A DNA stretch of 62,993 nucleotides, filler included, from Octopus bimaculoides (taxonomy: Eukaryota): assembly GCF_001194135.2 (NCBI RefSeq). It is 7 parts of 6 records of this genome, joined end to end, with 100 filler letters (N's around TTAATTAATTAA, not from the genome) between each part and the next. Parts side by side here need not be neighbours in the genome. Positions count along the whole stretch, not along the records: positions 5,508 to 26,976 come from NC_068985.1; positions 27,077 to 34,700 come from NC_068983.1; positions 34,801 to 38,723 come from NC_069007.1; 4 more parts are not named here. One strand, written 5' to 3'. The stretch's first letter is position 1. Every line of letters begins with the position of its first letter. Made by a program: the position numbers and the translations under genes. Positions 25,481-37,365 of this stretch are shown piece by piece. The notes below the pieces were generated by a model, which saw only the letters and a program-made list of their open reading frames with translations, did not search any database and was not told where the DNA came from.

Positions 25481-26031
25481 CTAGCGGGACCCGTGAATAT
25501 TTCACGGAATTAATGGTAAACTTATTTCTGAAAATGTTATCCAAGAAACCTGAAAGCGTAGCCCGTGTTGTGTCTGTATGGAAGGATAATCGCTCATCTG
25601 CTATTCATTGAAAAGTGGAAGAAATTGGAATACAATGATTGCTTAATGCACTTTATAGATATAAACTTTACATACTTTATGCACGATTTTATAGCACTCA
25701 TAACACACAGCACTCATAAAATAAAAATTTCACTCTTATCTTTTATATTTTCCCCATAAATAAACAAAAAAAAAATCCTGTATATATATATATATATAAC
25801 CTTTAGTTAAATTGTATATATCTGTAACGCAAATAAGCGTGAATATTTCACGGAATTGCACATATGAGCATGCCTTTATTTAAATTGTATATATCTGTAA
25901 CGTAAATAAGCGTGAATATTTCACGGAATTGCACATATGAGCATGCCTTTAGTTAAATTGTATATATCTGTAACGCAAATAAGCGTGAATATTTCACGGA
26001 ATTGCACTTTTGAGCATGCTTAAATGATAGA
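25481..26031 (-). mobile_element. Non-autonomous Helitron-like element (3' end clear, 5' end uncertain)
   Basis: Perfect hairpin CCGTGAA-TAT-TTCACGG (25491-25507) 6 nt from a terminal CTAG followed by T on the minus strand; possible A|TC 5' end at ~26027-26031. Confidence 0.65.
25800..26018. repeat. Tandem repeat, 3 x 73 bp
   Basis: Units start at 25800, 25873, 25946 (CCTTTAGTTAAATTGTATATATCTGTAACG...GAGCATG); near-identical. Confidence 0.95.
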
Positions 26032-26335
26032 TGACATAAAAAACTACACTTTTCGCTATCCAATCACCACCACCGCTGCTGCGAATAAAAAGCGAATAAA
26101 AAGCAAGACATGTGCGATGTAGTCCTGCATACATTATATTTGAATAAAAGACAGGACAAATTGGTTAGTGTAGAATGAGATACACTATGCCTCAGTAAAA
26201 GAAAGCCGAAGCTGAAATCCTACGTGCACTATATCTGAATAAAATTGAAGACACATTAAACAATGCACTCTAAGATACGCTATGTCTGTAAGACGTAGAA
26301 AATCAAGATGATCACAGTTGGAAAGCTTATGACTA

Positions 26336-26408
26336 TAAGTACTCAGATCGATGTGATCGATTGTCCCCCTCCCCACAAAATCCAGGCCTTGTGCCTATAG
26401 TAGAAAGG

Positions 26409-26471
<63 letters not shown>
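26336..26471 (+). mobile_element. SINE family A 3' end with (ATT)n tail
   Basis: GGCCTTGTGCCTATAGTAGAAAGG followed by (ATT)n. Confidence 0.75.
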
Positions 26472-26955
26472 GAGTGCGAAAGCATTCCCAGTTTGCACAC
26501 GCAAATTCACAGGTAAAATATGTATTTAAAAAAAAAAATTAATAAATAAATAAATTCGTGAATGGATGTTGTTTTCACAGCGATAATGCTCTTCTCAGTA
26601 CATGAGTTCAGTTAACACGATGTTTTGCACTTCCTGTAGGGATTGTAAGCCTGGTATCATTTTCAAATAGGTTTCAGTACCTCTTTTTTTTATCATTCAT
26701 AGAGATCCTACAATCACTGGTACGGTAGTCGCCTTGAGGGGCCACATTTTTTCAATTTCTATTAGCAAGTCTTTATATTTACTGATCTTGTCAAATTCTT
26801 TCGCCGCTATATTATGATCGCATGGAATACTCATGTCAATTAATAAACACATCTTCTTTGTCTGATCTTTAATAATAATATCCGGTTTATTAGCTTTTAT
26901 AGTTTTGTCGGTATGTACGGGGAAGTCCCAGAGAATCAATACGTTTTCTCCCTCT
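26472..26955 (-). mobile_element. 5'-truncated R4/Dong-like retrotransposon (group B), RLE domain and 3' UTR
   Basis: ILWDFPVHTDKTIKANKPDIIIKDQTKKMCLLIDMSIPCDHNIAAKEFDKISKYKDLLIEIEKMW...VPVIVGSL; (TAA)n on both sides. Confidence 0.9.
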
Positions 26956-27366
26956 ATTATTATTATTATTATTATTNNNNNNNNNNNNNNNNNNNNNNNN
27001 NNNNNNNNNNNNNNNNNNNNTTAATTAATTAANNNNNNNNNNNNNNNNNNNNNNNNNNNNNNNNNNNNNNNNNNNNATAAAAATATACATATATAAATAT
27101 ATATATATACATATATATACACATGCATAGATTTATATGTGTGTGTGTATGTGTGTGTGTGTATGTGAGTGTGTGTGTGTATTCATAGTAGCTGTGTACT
27201 TTACAAGATATTTAATGTTTTTGCAGCGATATTTAGTTTTTAAAATATTGCCTGAAAATGAACCTTTATTTCTATTGATATTTAATTTCATGCTGGAATT
27301 ATAACTCTTCAAGTGTTCACATTCATTCTCTCAATTATGATTTATGTTTCCACAGTGGTAATTTAC

Positions 27367-27488
27367 CATTGTATTGAGGCATTCATTATCTCCACTTCTT
27401 TTATTTTCAGCAGAAACATCAAAAGATATTTCATGGTTGAAGATTTTATTGACTAACGCCTGTTTGTTTTCTTTTGTAACTAAGCCAT
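27367..27488 (-). CDS. Candidate isolated 122-nt coding exon, product unknown
   Basis: Acceptor CTCTGTATGCATTTTCAG, donor ATG|GTAAAT, open frame (D)GLVTKENKQALVNKIFNHEISFDVSAENKRSGDNECLNTM in a non-repeat island; no recognised homology or partner exon. Confidence 0.3.
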
Positions 27489-28249
27489 CTGAAAATGCAT
27501 ACAGAGGCACATGCAAACATATATGCATGCATAGATACATATACGCACCCATATAAACACGTACATATATATATATATACACACACGTTTACATACATAT
27601 ATCCATACATGCAACTGCACACTACTGTAGCTCAAATTTTCCATATTTCACTGTTTCCAACAAGTTCATTCAACTGAAAGAATGTCTGCGCGATTCTGTT
27701 CTAAATATTTATAACAGGTTATCTATTTTAAGATCGGTAAAAATTCTACAACAACAGAAATTTCTGTAATCTTGATATATATATATATTGTGTCTTCTTT
27801 GAAAATATTATGGTTTTAAGTTAAAACCAACTGAAGAGATATTCCTCAAATTTAGTTTACACATTTAAATATGTCACTAAATATCTGAGTTTTCTTTTCA
27901 TTTCTATTCATAAATTAGAAAGTAAAGTTTCTCTTATTTCATGAATATAAAAATCGTGCATAATTTCTCTTAATGTTCAGATATTGATACATGGGTTGTG
28001 ACAGGGTGAAATATTCCAGAGAAGGTAGTTGAAATACCAGAACATTAGTCTGCATGGAAAGAGCTGCATCAATAAAATGGATAATAGGAAATGTATTTAG
28101 ATATGGAGAATTCTTCTGAGTAAGTAATAATATTGAATTTCAGAATATGGATGAAGGAGAAATTGTGAGATGTATATTATAGGAAAACATAGTAAAATGT
28201 GTGTAACAGTATACAAACAACACTGCTGGTGTTATTTGAGGGGCAGTAG

Positions 28250-28465
28250 ATATACATATGTGTGTGTGTGTGTGTCACTGTATGTGTGTGTGTGTGAGAG
28301 AGAGAGAGAGTGTGTGTGTGTGCGTGCGTCTATGTGTGTGTGTGTGTACATATACACACACACATATATATATATTTATGTATGCTTATATATGTATGTT
28401 TATGTATGTTTATTATCTATGTTTATATATGTATATGTGTCTGTACATATATATGTGTATATATC

Positions 28466-28534
<69 letters not shown>

Positions 28535-28705
28535 ATATTTATGTATACACATTTAAACATAGTTATATGTAAATATGTATATATAGATATATAAACATTT
28601 ATATGTGTGTGTGTATATATATAGATAATTATATAAACATATATATGTGTGTGTATATATATGTGTGTGAGTATGTTTATATATATATGTATGTATATAT
28701 ACACA

Positions 28706-28761
<56 letters not shown>

Positions 28762-29075
28762 GATAGATAGATAGATACACACATGCACGCATATAGATGC
28801 ATATAGAAGCATACATGTACAAATATACAATATACAGATGTATATATATATATATATATGCTTATACATACGCACACACACACACACACACATACACAAA
28901 CATACACACACACAAACACACACACACATGTAAGGAGTACATATATGTATGCATGTGTGAGTACATGTGTGTATGCATGTGTGCATGTGTGTGTGTGCAT
29001 ATGCATGTGTATGTGTGTGTGTGTGTGTGTGTGTGCGTGTGTGTGCGTGTGTGAGTGTATGTGTGTGTGTGTGTG
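28250..29075. repeat. Long compound TA/TG/CA microsatellite block
   Basis: Direct reading. Confidence 0.95.
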
Positions 29076-29279
29076 TACCACTGTAACTCTACAATGATGG
29101 AAACGGTTAAAGTAGAAGAGTGACAGTTCATGTATGGCAGAGTATATAATTTCAATACTGCTAGTTTTTGGTGTTAAAATCTCACTTCGATTGATTTTTT
29201 CTGCCCCTCCCCCCCACATCTTTGCATGCTTCCGGGCAGTCAATAAAATAAGCATCAGTAATATATTGGGATTGATTGA

Positions 29280-29618
29280 ATTGGTAACACCACTCCACCA
29301 CCCATCACCACAGTCCACCACTCCACCTACTCCTCCGCTTTATCATCATCATCATCGTGTCCATCGTAATCATCATCGTGATCGTGACCATGATGATGGT
29401 GATGACGACGACGATGACGACGATGTTGATGATGATGATGATGATGATGGCAATTGCACACTACCACCACCACCACGCTCTCCACCTCTCTCTTCCTCCT
29501 TTTTCTTCCTCTCATCATCATTCTCTTCCTCGTCATTCCCACCACCACCACCACCACCACAACCATCATCATCATCATCACCACCACCACCACCACCACC
29601 ACCACCACCACCATCATC
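29280..29618. repeat. Mixed trinucleotide tract (CAC/CAT/GAT/CCT)
   Basis: Direct reading; source of the His/Pro/Asp-rich pseudo-ORFs. Confidence 0.9.
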
Positions 29619-30289
29619 NNNNNNNNNNNNNNNNNNNNNNNNNNNNNNNNNNNNNNNNNNNNNNNNNNNNNNNNNNNNNNNNNNNNNNNNNNNNNNNNNN
29701 NNNNNNNNNNNNNNNNNNNNNNNNNNNNNNNNNNNNNNNNNNNNNNNNNNNNNNNNNNNNNNNNNNNNNNNNNNNNNNNNNNNNNNNNNNNNNNNNNNNN
29801 NNNNNNNNNNNNNNNNNNNNNNNNNNNNNNNNNNNNNNNNNNNNNNNNNNNNNNNNNNNNNNNNNNNNNNNNNNNNNNNNNNNNNNNNNNNNNNNNNNNN
29901 NNNNNNNNNNNNNNNNNNNNNNNNNNNNNNNNNNNNNNNNNNNNNNNNNNNNNNNNNNNNNNNNNNNNNNNNNNNNNNNNNNNNNNNNNNNNNNNNNNNN
30001 NNNNNNNNNNNNNNNNNNNNNNNNNNNNNNNNNNNNNNNNNGGTGGTGGTGGTGGTGGTGGGGAATGGGGGTGGGGGCGAGAGGGCAGGGTGGTTGGAAT
30101 ACTGCTTGGAGCTTGTTAGTTCTGAGAGGCAGAAACCATTGGAGTTGTGGCAGCAGAGAGAGAGAAAGAGAGATAGATAGATAGATAGATAGATAGAGAG
30201 ATAGATAGATAGATAGAGAGAGAGAAGTTACAGTACACAGACCAGTCAGTAGTTGTTGTATATTGATGTATAATATTTAACAATTTGTT

Positions 30290-30540
30290 TATCCTGCATT
30301 CTTTTATTCTTGTACTCATTTCAGTCGTTTGACTCTGGCCATGCTGGAGCACCACCTTGTATGTTTTTTGTTTTTTTTTAGTCGAAGAAATCGACCTCCA
30401 GGACTTATTCTTTGTAAGCCTGGTACTTATTCTATTGGTCTCTTTTTGCCAAACTGCTAGGTTACAAGGGATGTAGACACACCAACCATCGGTTGTCGAG
30501 TGATCGTGGTGTAACAAACACAGACACAAAGACACACATA
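30290..30540 (-). mobile_element. SINE family C, tail module
   Basis: GGCCATGCTGGAGCACCACC...GACTTATTCTTTGTAAGCC...CATCGGTTGTC. Confidence 0.8.
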
Positions 30541-30550
30541 AAAATATACA

Positions 30551-30700
30551 CATACATATCATCATCATCATCATCATCGTTTAACGTCTGCTTTCCATGC
30601 TAGCATGGGTTGGACGATTTGATTGAGGACTGGCGAACCAGATGGCTACGCCAGGCTCCAATCTGATTTGGCAGAGTTTCTACAGCTGGATGCCCTTCCT
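30551..30700 (-). mobile_element. LINE 3'-UTR-type repeat (probably RTE) with (GAT)n tail
   Basis: Reverse complement of 58230-58376; cut by gap. Confidence 0.85.
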
Positions 30701-30887
30701 NNNNNNNNNNNNNNNNNNNNNNNNNNNNNNNNNNNNNNNNNNNNNNNNNNNNNNNNNNNNNNNNNNNNNNNNNNNNNNNNNNNNNNNNNNNNNNNNNNNN
30801 NNNNNNNNNNNNNNNNNNNNNNNNNNNNNNNNNNNNNNNNNNNNNNNNNNNNNNNNNNNNNNNNNNNNNNNNNNNNNNNNNNNNNNN

Positions 30888-30925
<38 letters not shown>

Positions 30926-30926
30926 A

Positions 30927-31080
30927 AAGGGCTTCTTTCAGTTTCCATCTATCAAATCGACTCGCAAGCGTTTGGTTGGCCCAAGGCTATAGTAGAAGAC
31001 ACTTGCCCAAAGTGCCATGCAGTGGGTTGAACCCAGAACCATGTGGTTAAGAAGCAAGATTCTGACCACACAGCCATGTA
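30927..31080 (-). mobile_element. SINE family C, head module
   Basis: GGGCTTCTTTCAGTTTCCATC...GGCTATAGTAGAAGACACTTGCCCAA...GAACCCAGAACCATGTGG. Confidence 0.8.
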
Positions 31081-31231
31081 TTTTGGGAGTAGGGTTTGAA
31101 AAGGATGCAAATCTAGAATAATTTATTCTTTCATCATTTATCTTTAATTTGTTTCGGTGTTTTGGTCATTGGTCTGTAGCCCTGCTGGAGCAATGCCTCG
31201 AGAGATTTAGGCAGACAAATTGACCTTAGTA

Positions 31232-31616
31232 CTCTTTTACTCTTTTACTTGTTTCAGCCATTTGACTGCAGACATGCTGGAGCACCACCTTTAGTCAAGC
31301 AAATCGACCCCAGGACTTATTCTTTGTTAGCCTAGTACTTATTCTATCAGTCACTCTTTTGCTGAACCGCTAAGTTATGGGGACGTAAACACACCAGCAT
31401 CGGTTGTCAAGCGATGTTGGAGGGACAAGCACAGACACACAAACATATACACAGACATACATATGCATATATACACATATACGATGGGCTTCTTTCAGTT
31501 TCCATCTACCAAATTCACTCACAAGGCTTTGGTTGGCCTGAGGCTATAGTAGAAGACAGTTGCCCAAGGTGCCACACAGTGGGACTGAACCTAGGACCAT
31601 GTGGTTGGTAAACAAG
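31232..31616 (-). mobile_element. SINE family C, complete composite (head, internal microsatellite, tail)
   Basis: Head and tail modules joined through a CA/TA-rich linker at ~31430-31480. Confidence 0.85.
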
Positions 31617-31873
31617 TTTATTTTTTTTAAGTCTTGTGTTAATTTAATTTTTTTAAAAAGTTTAGTGCCTTGTTATTTCTCTTGATGACCCTCTAAGTTA
31701 CAGGGGCATAAACAAACCAACAACGGTTGTCAAGTTGCAATGATGGGGGAAAACAACCTGCACACAAACATGCATACACACACATTCACAAAATAAAATC
31801 AATAAAGAAAGTACTAAATGAAATAAGTCTTGCCAATGCAGACCAACATCAACCTCTTAGGAATCTGTTTGAT

Positions 31874-31911
<38 letters not shown>

Positions 31912-32267
31912 TTTATTTACCAGGTGTAACTGCAAAATTGTCACACTCACAAATTCTTAAAATTTCTTAAAACCAATAAACTAATCGATTTGCAATTTTC
32001 CATTTTCCTAGATAAGACATCCGGCCACACTGATACCAGTTTTTGTAAGAGTCAGTGAAATACTTATTGAGATACTTAGTTATAAAGAGAACAGGCCAAA
32101 ATCGTTTTGTTTCAGCCTCACCATGTCTACTCNNNNNNNNNNTATACATGTATATACAGACATATATATATGCACAAACATATATATATAAACATATACA
32201 TATATGTATATGTATATACATATACATATACACATATACACACATTTACAGACATTTACACATATAT

Positions 32268-32314
<47 letters not shown>

Positions 32315-32322
32315 TTTATTTA

Positions 32323-33510
32323 CCAGGTGTAACTGCAAAATTGTCACACTCACAAATTCTTAAAATTTCTTAAAACCAATAAACTAATCGATTTGCAATT
32401 TTCCATTTTCCTAGATAAGACATCCGGCCACACTGATACCAGTTTTTGTAAGAGTCAGTGAAATACTTATTGAGATACTTAGTTATAAAGAGAACAGGCC
32501 AAAATCGTTTTGTTTCAGCCTCACCATGTCTACTCAAATGAGCAATGTTGAGAGGGCTAAGAACATTCAGGTGTTCAGTAATGATACCAACATTCAAGAA
32601 CCATCAAAAGAATTTTGAGTAAGTCTGAGAAAGACGAAATAGTGGAAAGGAAAACTGGATCGGGAGGTCATAACTGTATTAGGGATCATTATTTTAATCT
32701 GGACCTGAAGAGATCAATCAGAAGAGATCCAACTCAATCCATAAGACGTTTGGCATGTAAAATAGGAGTATTAGCTATGAAAGTTCCAAATGTAGTGACA
32801 GAAGACTTGAAAGGGAAATCGTACTGAGACCTGTGAGGTACCTTGTTGCTCCAGGACAAAAGGTTAGAAGGTTGGAGAGAGTGAAGATCATCTTGAAAAA
32901 AGTGAAACATAGTCCTGGAGTGGTCTTTTACACAGATGAGAAGAATTTTATCCAAGATACGCACACAAACAGATGCAGCAGTTATGTTCGGGCTTCACCT
33001 CCTCACAAGAAGCCAATATTGTCATTTGCAGGTGCAAAAACCTGTCAAAGTGATGATTTTCGCCTGTGTGGGTCTGTGATGGTAAGAAGATGCCATTAAT
33101 CATCTTTGAGAAGGCTGAGAAAATGACAGGAATTTGTTACATTCTGGTTTTGAAAGAGGTAAAGACCTGGATTCTTTCTGAATATCCTGAGGCAAGAGAC
33201 GAGGGGAACCGCAACAAGTTCACTAAGAACTTTAAGTTTTACATTCTAGCAAGAGGGGGCTCCTTGTCACATAAGTATAGTGGCTCAAAAATTTCTCAGG
33301 GATGAGTTTGAGAACAGGTTTGGGGATAAGAACACATGGCATTGTTCATTACTTGATTTGAGCCCTTTAGACTTCAGCATCTGGAATGAGCTGGTCAGAA
33401 AAGCTTGTGAGGAAGACATTGATGTGGAATTCATTAAGAAAGCCTGTGGTGCAACCAGGAAGAGAGTTGAGGAAGTCATTGCCAAAATAAGAACAACTAT
33501 TGAGGCCTAA
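32323..33510 (+). mobile_element. maT/DD37D-like Tc1/mariner transposon, degenerate transposase
   Basis: TA-CCAGGTGTAACTGCAAAATTGTC left end; ATG 32526; RKTGSGG, IRRDPTQSIRRLA, FYTDEKNF, QEGAPCH, DLSPLDFSIW; several frameshifts; right TIR not found. Confidence 0.85.
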
Positions 33511-34134
33511 CATGTAGAATTTTGTCATGGATCACCCTCCATCTCCTCTTGTTCCAAAAGCCAGCCATGCTTGCATTCTCAAAGGAGACAGACTGGTGAA
33601 GGGTCTGTTTCTAGTCCTTACAATCAGAGACTAGAATAAACTACTGAGGATATTCAAAGTGACAGGCGCCGAATGATTTCTTCAGTGACATCTCAGTCAC
33701 ACTAGTCAACTAGTTTTGATATTTGTTAGAGCTTCGTCAGGACTGAATTACTTCCTCCCAGTAGTAGGGAGGTTGTTGTGTTACCACTTATGGAAAATAT
33801 AAATAAGATCGGAATAAGTATGATCACAGTTACATAGCAACACGAAGTTGTCATCGTGTATATTTATTAATTCAGACACTGACACAACATATTTGAGATA
33901 TAATTCATAAATAACATTATTATCATATGTTTAATAACATTATATTTAGTCTAGCTGTGATTGCTCTACCTTAAACACGAAGTGTTTCTTTTAAACTGAA
34001 GGCAAAAGTGAATTAACTGGTGGTGAATGCAGAACACCTCTCTACATTGTGAGTTACTACTTATGCACACAAAAGCTGATATCAAACAAAATATCAGTCT
34101 CTGTATATATGTATGTAAGCATCTGTGTGTGTGT

Positions 34135-34195
<61 letters not shown>

Positions 34196-34293
34196 CATGT
34201 GTGTGTATGAGTGTGTGTGTGTATAAATATATATATATGTATGTGAAAATTTATGAATATATGCGTGTGTATGTTTATATAAATAATGTACAC

Positions 34294-34357
<64 letters not shown>

Positions 34358-34663
34358 TTATCTATCTATCTATTTATCTATCTTTCTATCTGTGTATCTC
34401 CCCCCTCTCTCTCTCTATATATATGTAAACATATATATGTATTGTGTAAATGTTTATAAGTAGCACATGATAAGAAAAATGGTTGAGATTTACAATTATA
34501 AAGTTTAAATTAAATTAATTAGGATATTATGCATATAAAAATCCATGACACAGAGTCATGTAATTTTGTACATATATTTTCTACTTGGGATTTGTGTTAA
34601 TATACATATATATATATATATATATATACTTACACACACAAACACACACACATATACATACAT

Positions 34664-34700
<37 letters not shown>

Positions 34701-34940
34701 NNNNNNNNNNNNNNNNNNNNNNNNNNNNNNNNNNNNNNNNNNNNTTAATTAATTAANNNNNNNNNNNNNNNNNNNNNNNNNNNNNNNNNNNNNNNNNNNN
34801 ACAATATACAATATAAAATAAAATAAAATAAAAATGGATGGCACCATGAAAGAAAGTATTGAATGTAGATGAAATATTGAGTGTTCAATATAAAGGATCA
34901 AATATATAAATATATAAATATAAATATATATATATATAAA

Positions 34941-34982
34941 GGCGACTCGAGTTTCAGGGCTATTTCCCTTCGTCATGGCCGG
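34941..34982 (-). ncRNA. Minimal type I hammerhead-ribozyme-like motif
   Basis: GGC-C(A)UGACGA-AGGG-aaauag-CCCU-GAAAC-ucga-GUC-GCC; helices I and II pair; ACTCGAGT is a perfect palindrome; one extra or substituted base at C3/U4. Confidence 0.5.
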
Positions 34983-35250
34983 TATGACAGACTTTAACAT
35001 GGATCAAAACTGCTTTGATCTTCACAAGTATTTACATTGGAAGTTACATGTGTGTATGTGCATACACACACACACACGCAAAGACAAAGACAACTGTCAA
35101 ATTGTTTTAAAGATTTTTTTTCTAGTTTTTTTTTACACTTCCTTTCTACAAGCACACGCACACACGCACATTATACAAATGTATATATATATGTGTATGT
35201 GTGTGTGTGTGTGTGTGTNNNNNNNNNNTTATACAAATGTATATATATAT

Positions 35251-35282
<32 letters not shown>

Positions 35283-35905
35283 TCGTACGTAAGTAGTATG
35301 TGTATGTATATATGTGTATCCGTGTAATTATAATATACATATACATATATAGTGTATGTGTTAGTATATACATTTACGTGTTTGTGCAAATGTATTCATG
35401 TGTTTGTGTGTTGCATTGTGTATTTGCTCAAGTGTATGTGTGTGTGTGTGTGCGTGTGTGTGTGTAATATACATTATATATATGTGTGTGTGTGTATACA
35501 CACACACAAATATATATATATCACTGTGCGACAAACTTAAAATTGTTTTACAGTTCTAAACTATACGAATCAGAAATAACGGACGGAAAATTTAAACAGC
35601 AACCGAACAAAAACAACTTACACATTTTAACTGAATTTTATGTCATTTATTGTAATAAATTTACAACAATCAAGAAAAATATATAATGGCCATTATCTAT
35701 GCGTTGTTTTACATATCATTCTGTGTAAAACACCGGTATAATTGGAGCACCACCATGCATTTAATATGTAGAATGGTAATGGACTATAGCCCCGGAACCT
35801 GTCGCAAGAATACGCGTGGTCTAACAGAGATCTTATAAAGCATTTTACCCGGATTGATAATCCCTCACCATTAGCTATATATATGTGTATGTGTGCGTGT
35901 GTGTG

Positions 35906-36000
<95 letters not shown>

Positions 36001-36249
36001 GTGTGTATGTATGTATGTATGTATGTATGTAAGTATGTATGTATGTATGTATGTATGTAAAAAGGGTATTTTATCTTAGAAATATTGAAATGTAAGTTAA
36101 AATGTTTTGTTTTGTTTTGTTGCTTTCTTGTCTTCTACTTCGAACGTAACAAACTACTAGCTTCCTGCAATGATTAAAACGGTTCTTGTTACCTTTTATA
36201 AACGACCTATGTGTTTGCTTCGGGTGGAATCTTTTTTCTAATGTGCAGA

Positions 36250-36830
36250 CCTGATTAGGTTTGTCAGTTACCCACACATAGCTGTCAGTTAATCATAAAT
36301 GTACTTGATGTTGCCCAAGGGAAATGGGACCTCCCAGGTTTTTGTTATTGTACTCTAAATGATCTGGAAAGATCCTTATTCAGGAAACTGGCCTGAACAA
36401 GATTGTTCCGTGGACAACTATCAGTTACCCATAATATTTGTCTCTCTCTTTTTGCCAAAGATGTTACCCAAGGAAAAGGCAAGATCCGAGTCCCAACTCT
36501 TATAAATTTTCTGTGTACTTTTTCTCTTAATTCCACTGATGTTGTCTAAGGAAAACGAAAGGTCCGAGGCCATAAGTTATAAATGTTCTGAATACCCGGC
36601 GAAGGATCCTTACTAAGGTGCAGGCCTAAGCAATGTCGTTTCACAGAAGACAAGCAGTTACTCACGTCTGTGCATTTCATCCCTTCATACCGATGCTGTC
36701 TAAGGAAAACGAAAAATCTGAGGCCCTTGTCATCTTTTATAAATGCTCCGGTTAGCTCAGCCGAAGAGGTGTCCTACTCCAAAGCGCAGGCCCTCAGCAA
36801 CATTTCTTCGTATAAGTCAGTCTATACATG
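36250..36830. repeat. Degenerate tandem array, ~153-bp unit plus one half unit
   Basis: Motif GATGYTRYCYAAGGRAAA at 36307, 36460, 36538, 36692 (spacing 153, 78, 154); CAGTTACYCA and GATCCTTA motifs keep the same phase. Confidence 0.75.
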
Positions 36831-37151
36831 TATATCTGCCCTCTTCAAGCCATAGGTGTTTAAGGTTGTTTAAGTGAAGGGCGAAGATCTCAACGTCCTA
36901 GCACCAGTTTCATAGCAGGTGTTATTCTCTCAAGTCCGTTCGCAGTTGGAACAGATATCACAGGGTATCTCGTCCGACCCTCAAACAGTTTTGCTAATAC
37001 AATACCCACGGTTGATACTTACTATCAATCCCGAACGGAGGAAAGGCGAAGTGAACCACGATGAGATATGAACACCGGGCCGGATACTCGTAACAGACAC
37101 TATTCGGAATTATAATCCGGCGTTCTGTCGATAAAAACATAAAAACATTCA

Positions 37152-37365
37152 TTTCTACTCTAAGCACAAGGCCCGAAATTTTGGGGGAGAGGACCAATCG
37201 ATTAGATCGACCCCAGCACGCAACTGGTACTAAATTCATCGACCCTGAAACGATGAAAGGCAAAGTCGACCTCGGTGGAATTTGAACTCAGAATTTAAAG
37301 ACAGACGAAATACCGCTAAGCATTTCGCCCGACGTGCTAACGTTTCTGCCAGCTCACCGCCTTAC
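37152..37365 (-). mobile_element. SINE family A, well-preserved
   Basis: Reverse complement of the 1539 element along its length. Confidence 0.9.

Noticed and set aside
25800-26018. CRISPR-like array
   Set aside because: Contiguous identical units with no unique spacers, no cas genes, eukaryotic context.
29134-30184. His/Pro/Asp-rich ORFs
   Set aside because: Trinucleotide low-complexity tract spanning a gap, open in several frames.
31901-32535. Identical 232-bp direct repeat including the maT left end
   Set aside because: Perfect identity across a 10-N gap indicates an unmerged contig overlap. The same pattern appears at 35170-35280 and 50760-51075.
36534-36572. Hammerhead in CTGATGTTGTCTAAGGAAAACGAAAGGTC
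   Set aside because: Lacks the G8/A9 core positions, and the sister units do not keep CTGA or GTC.
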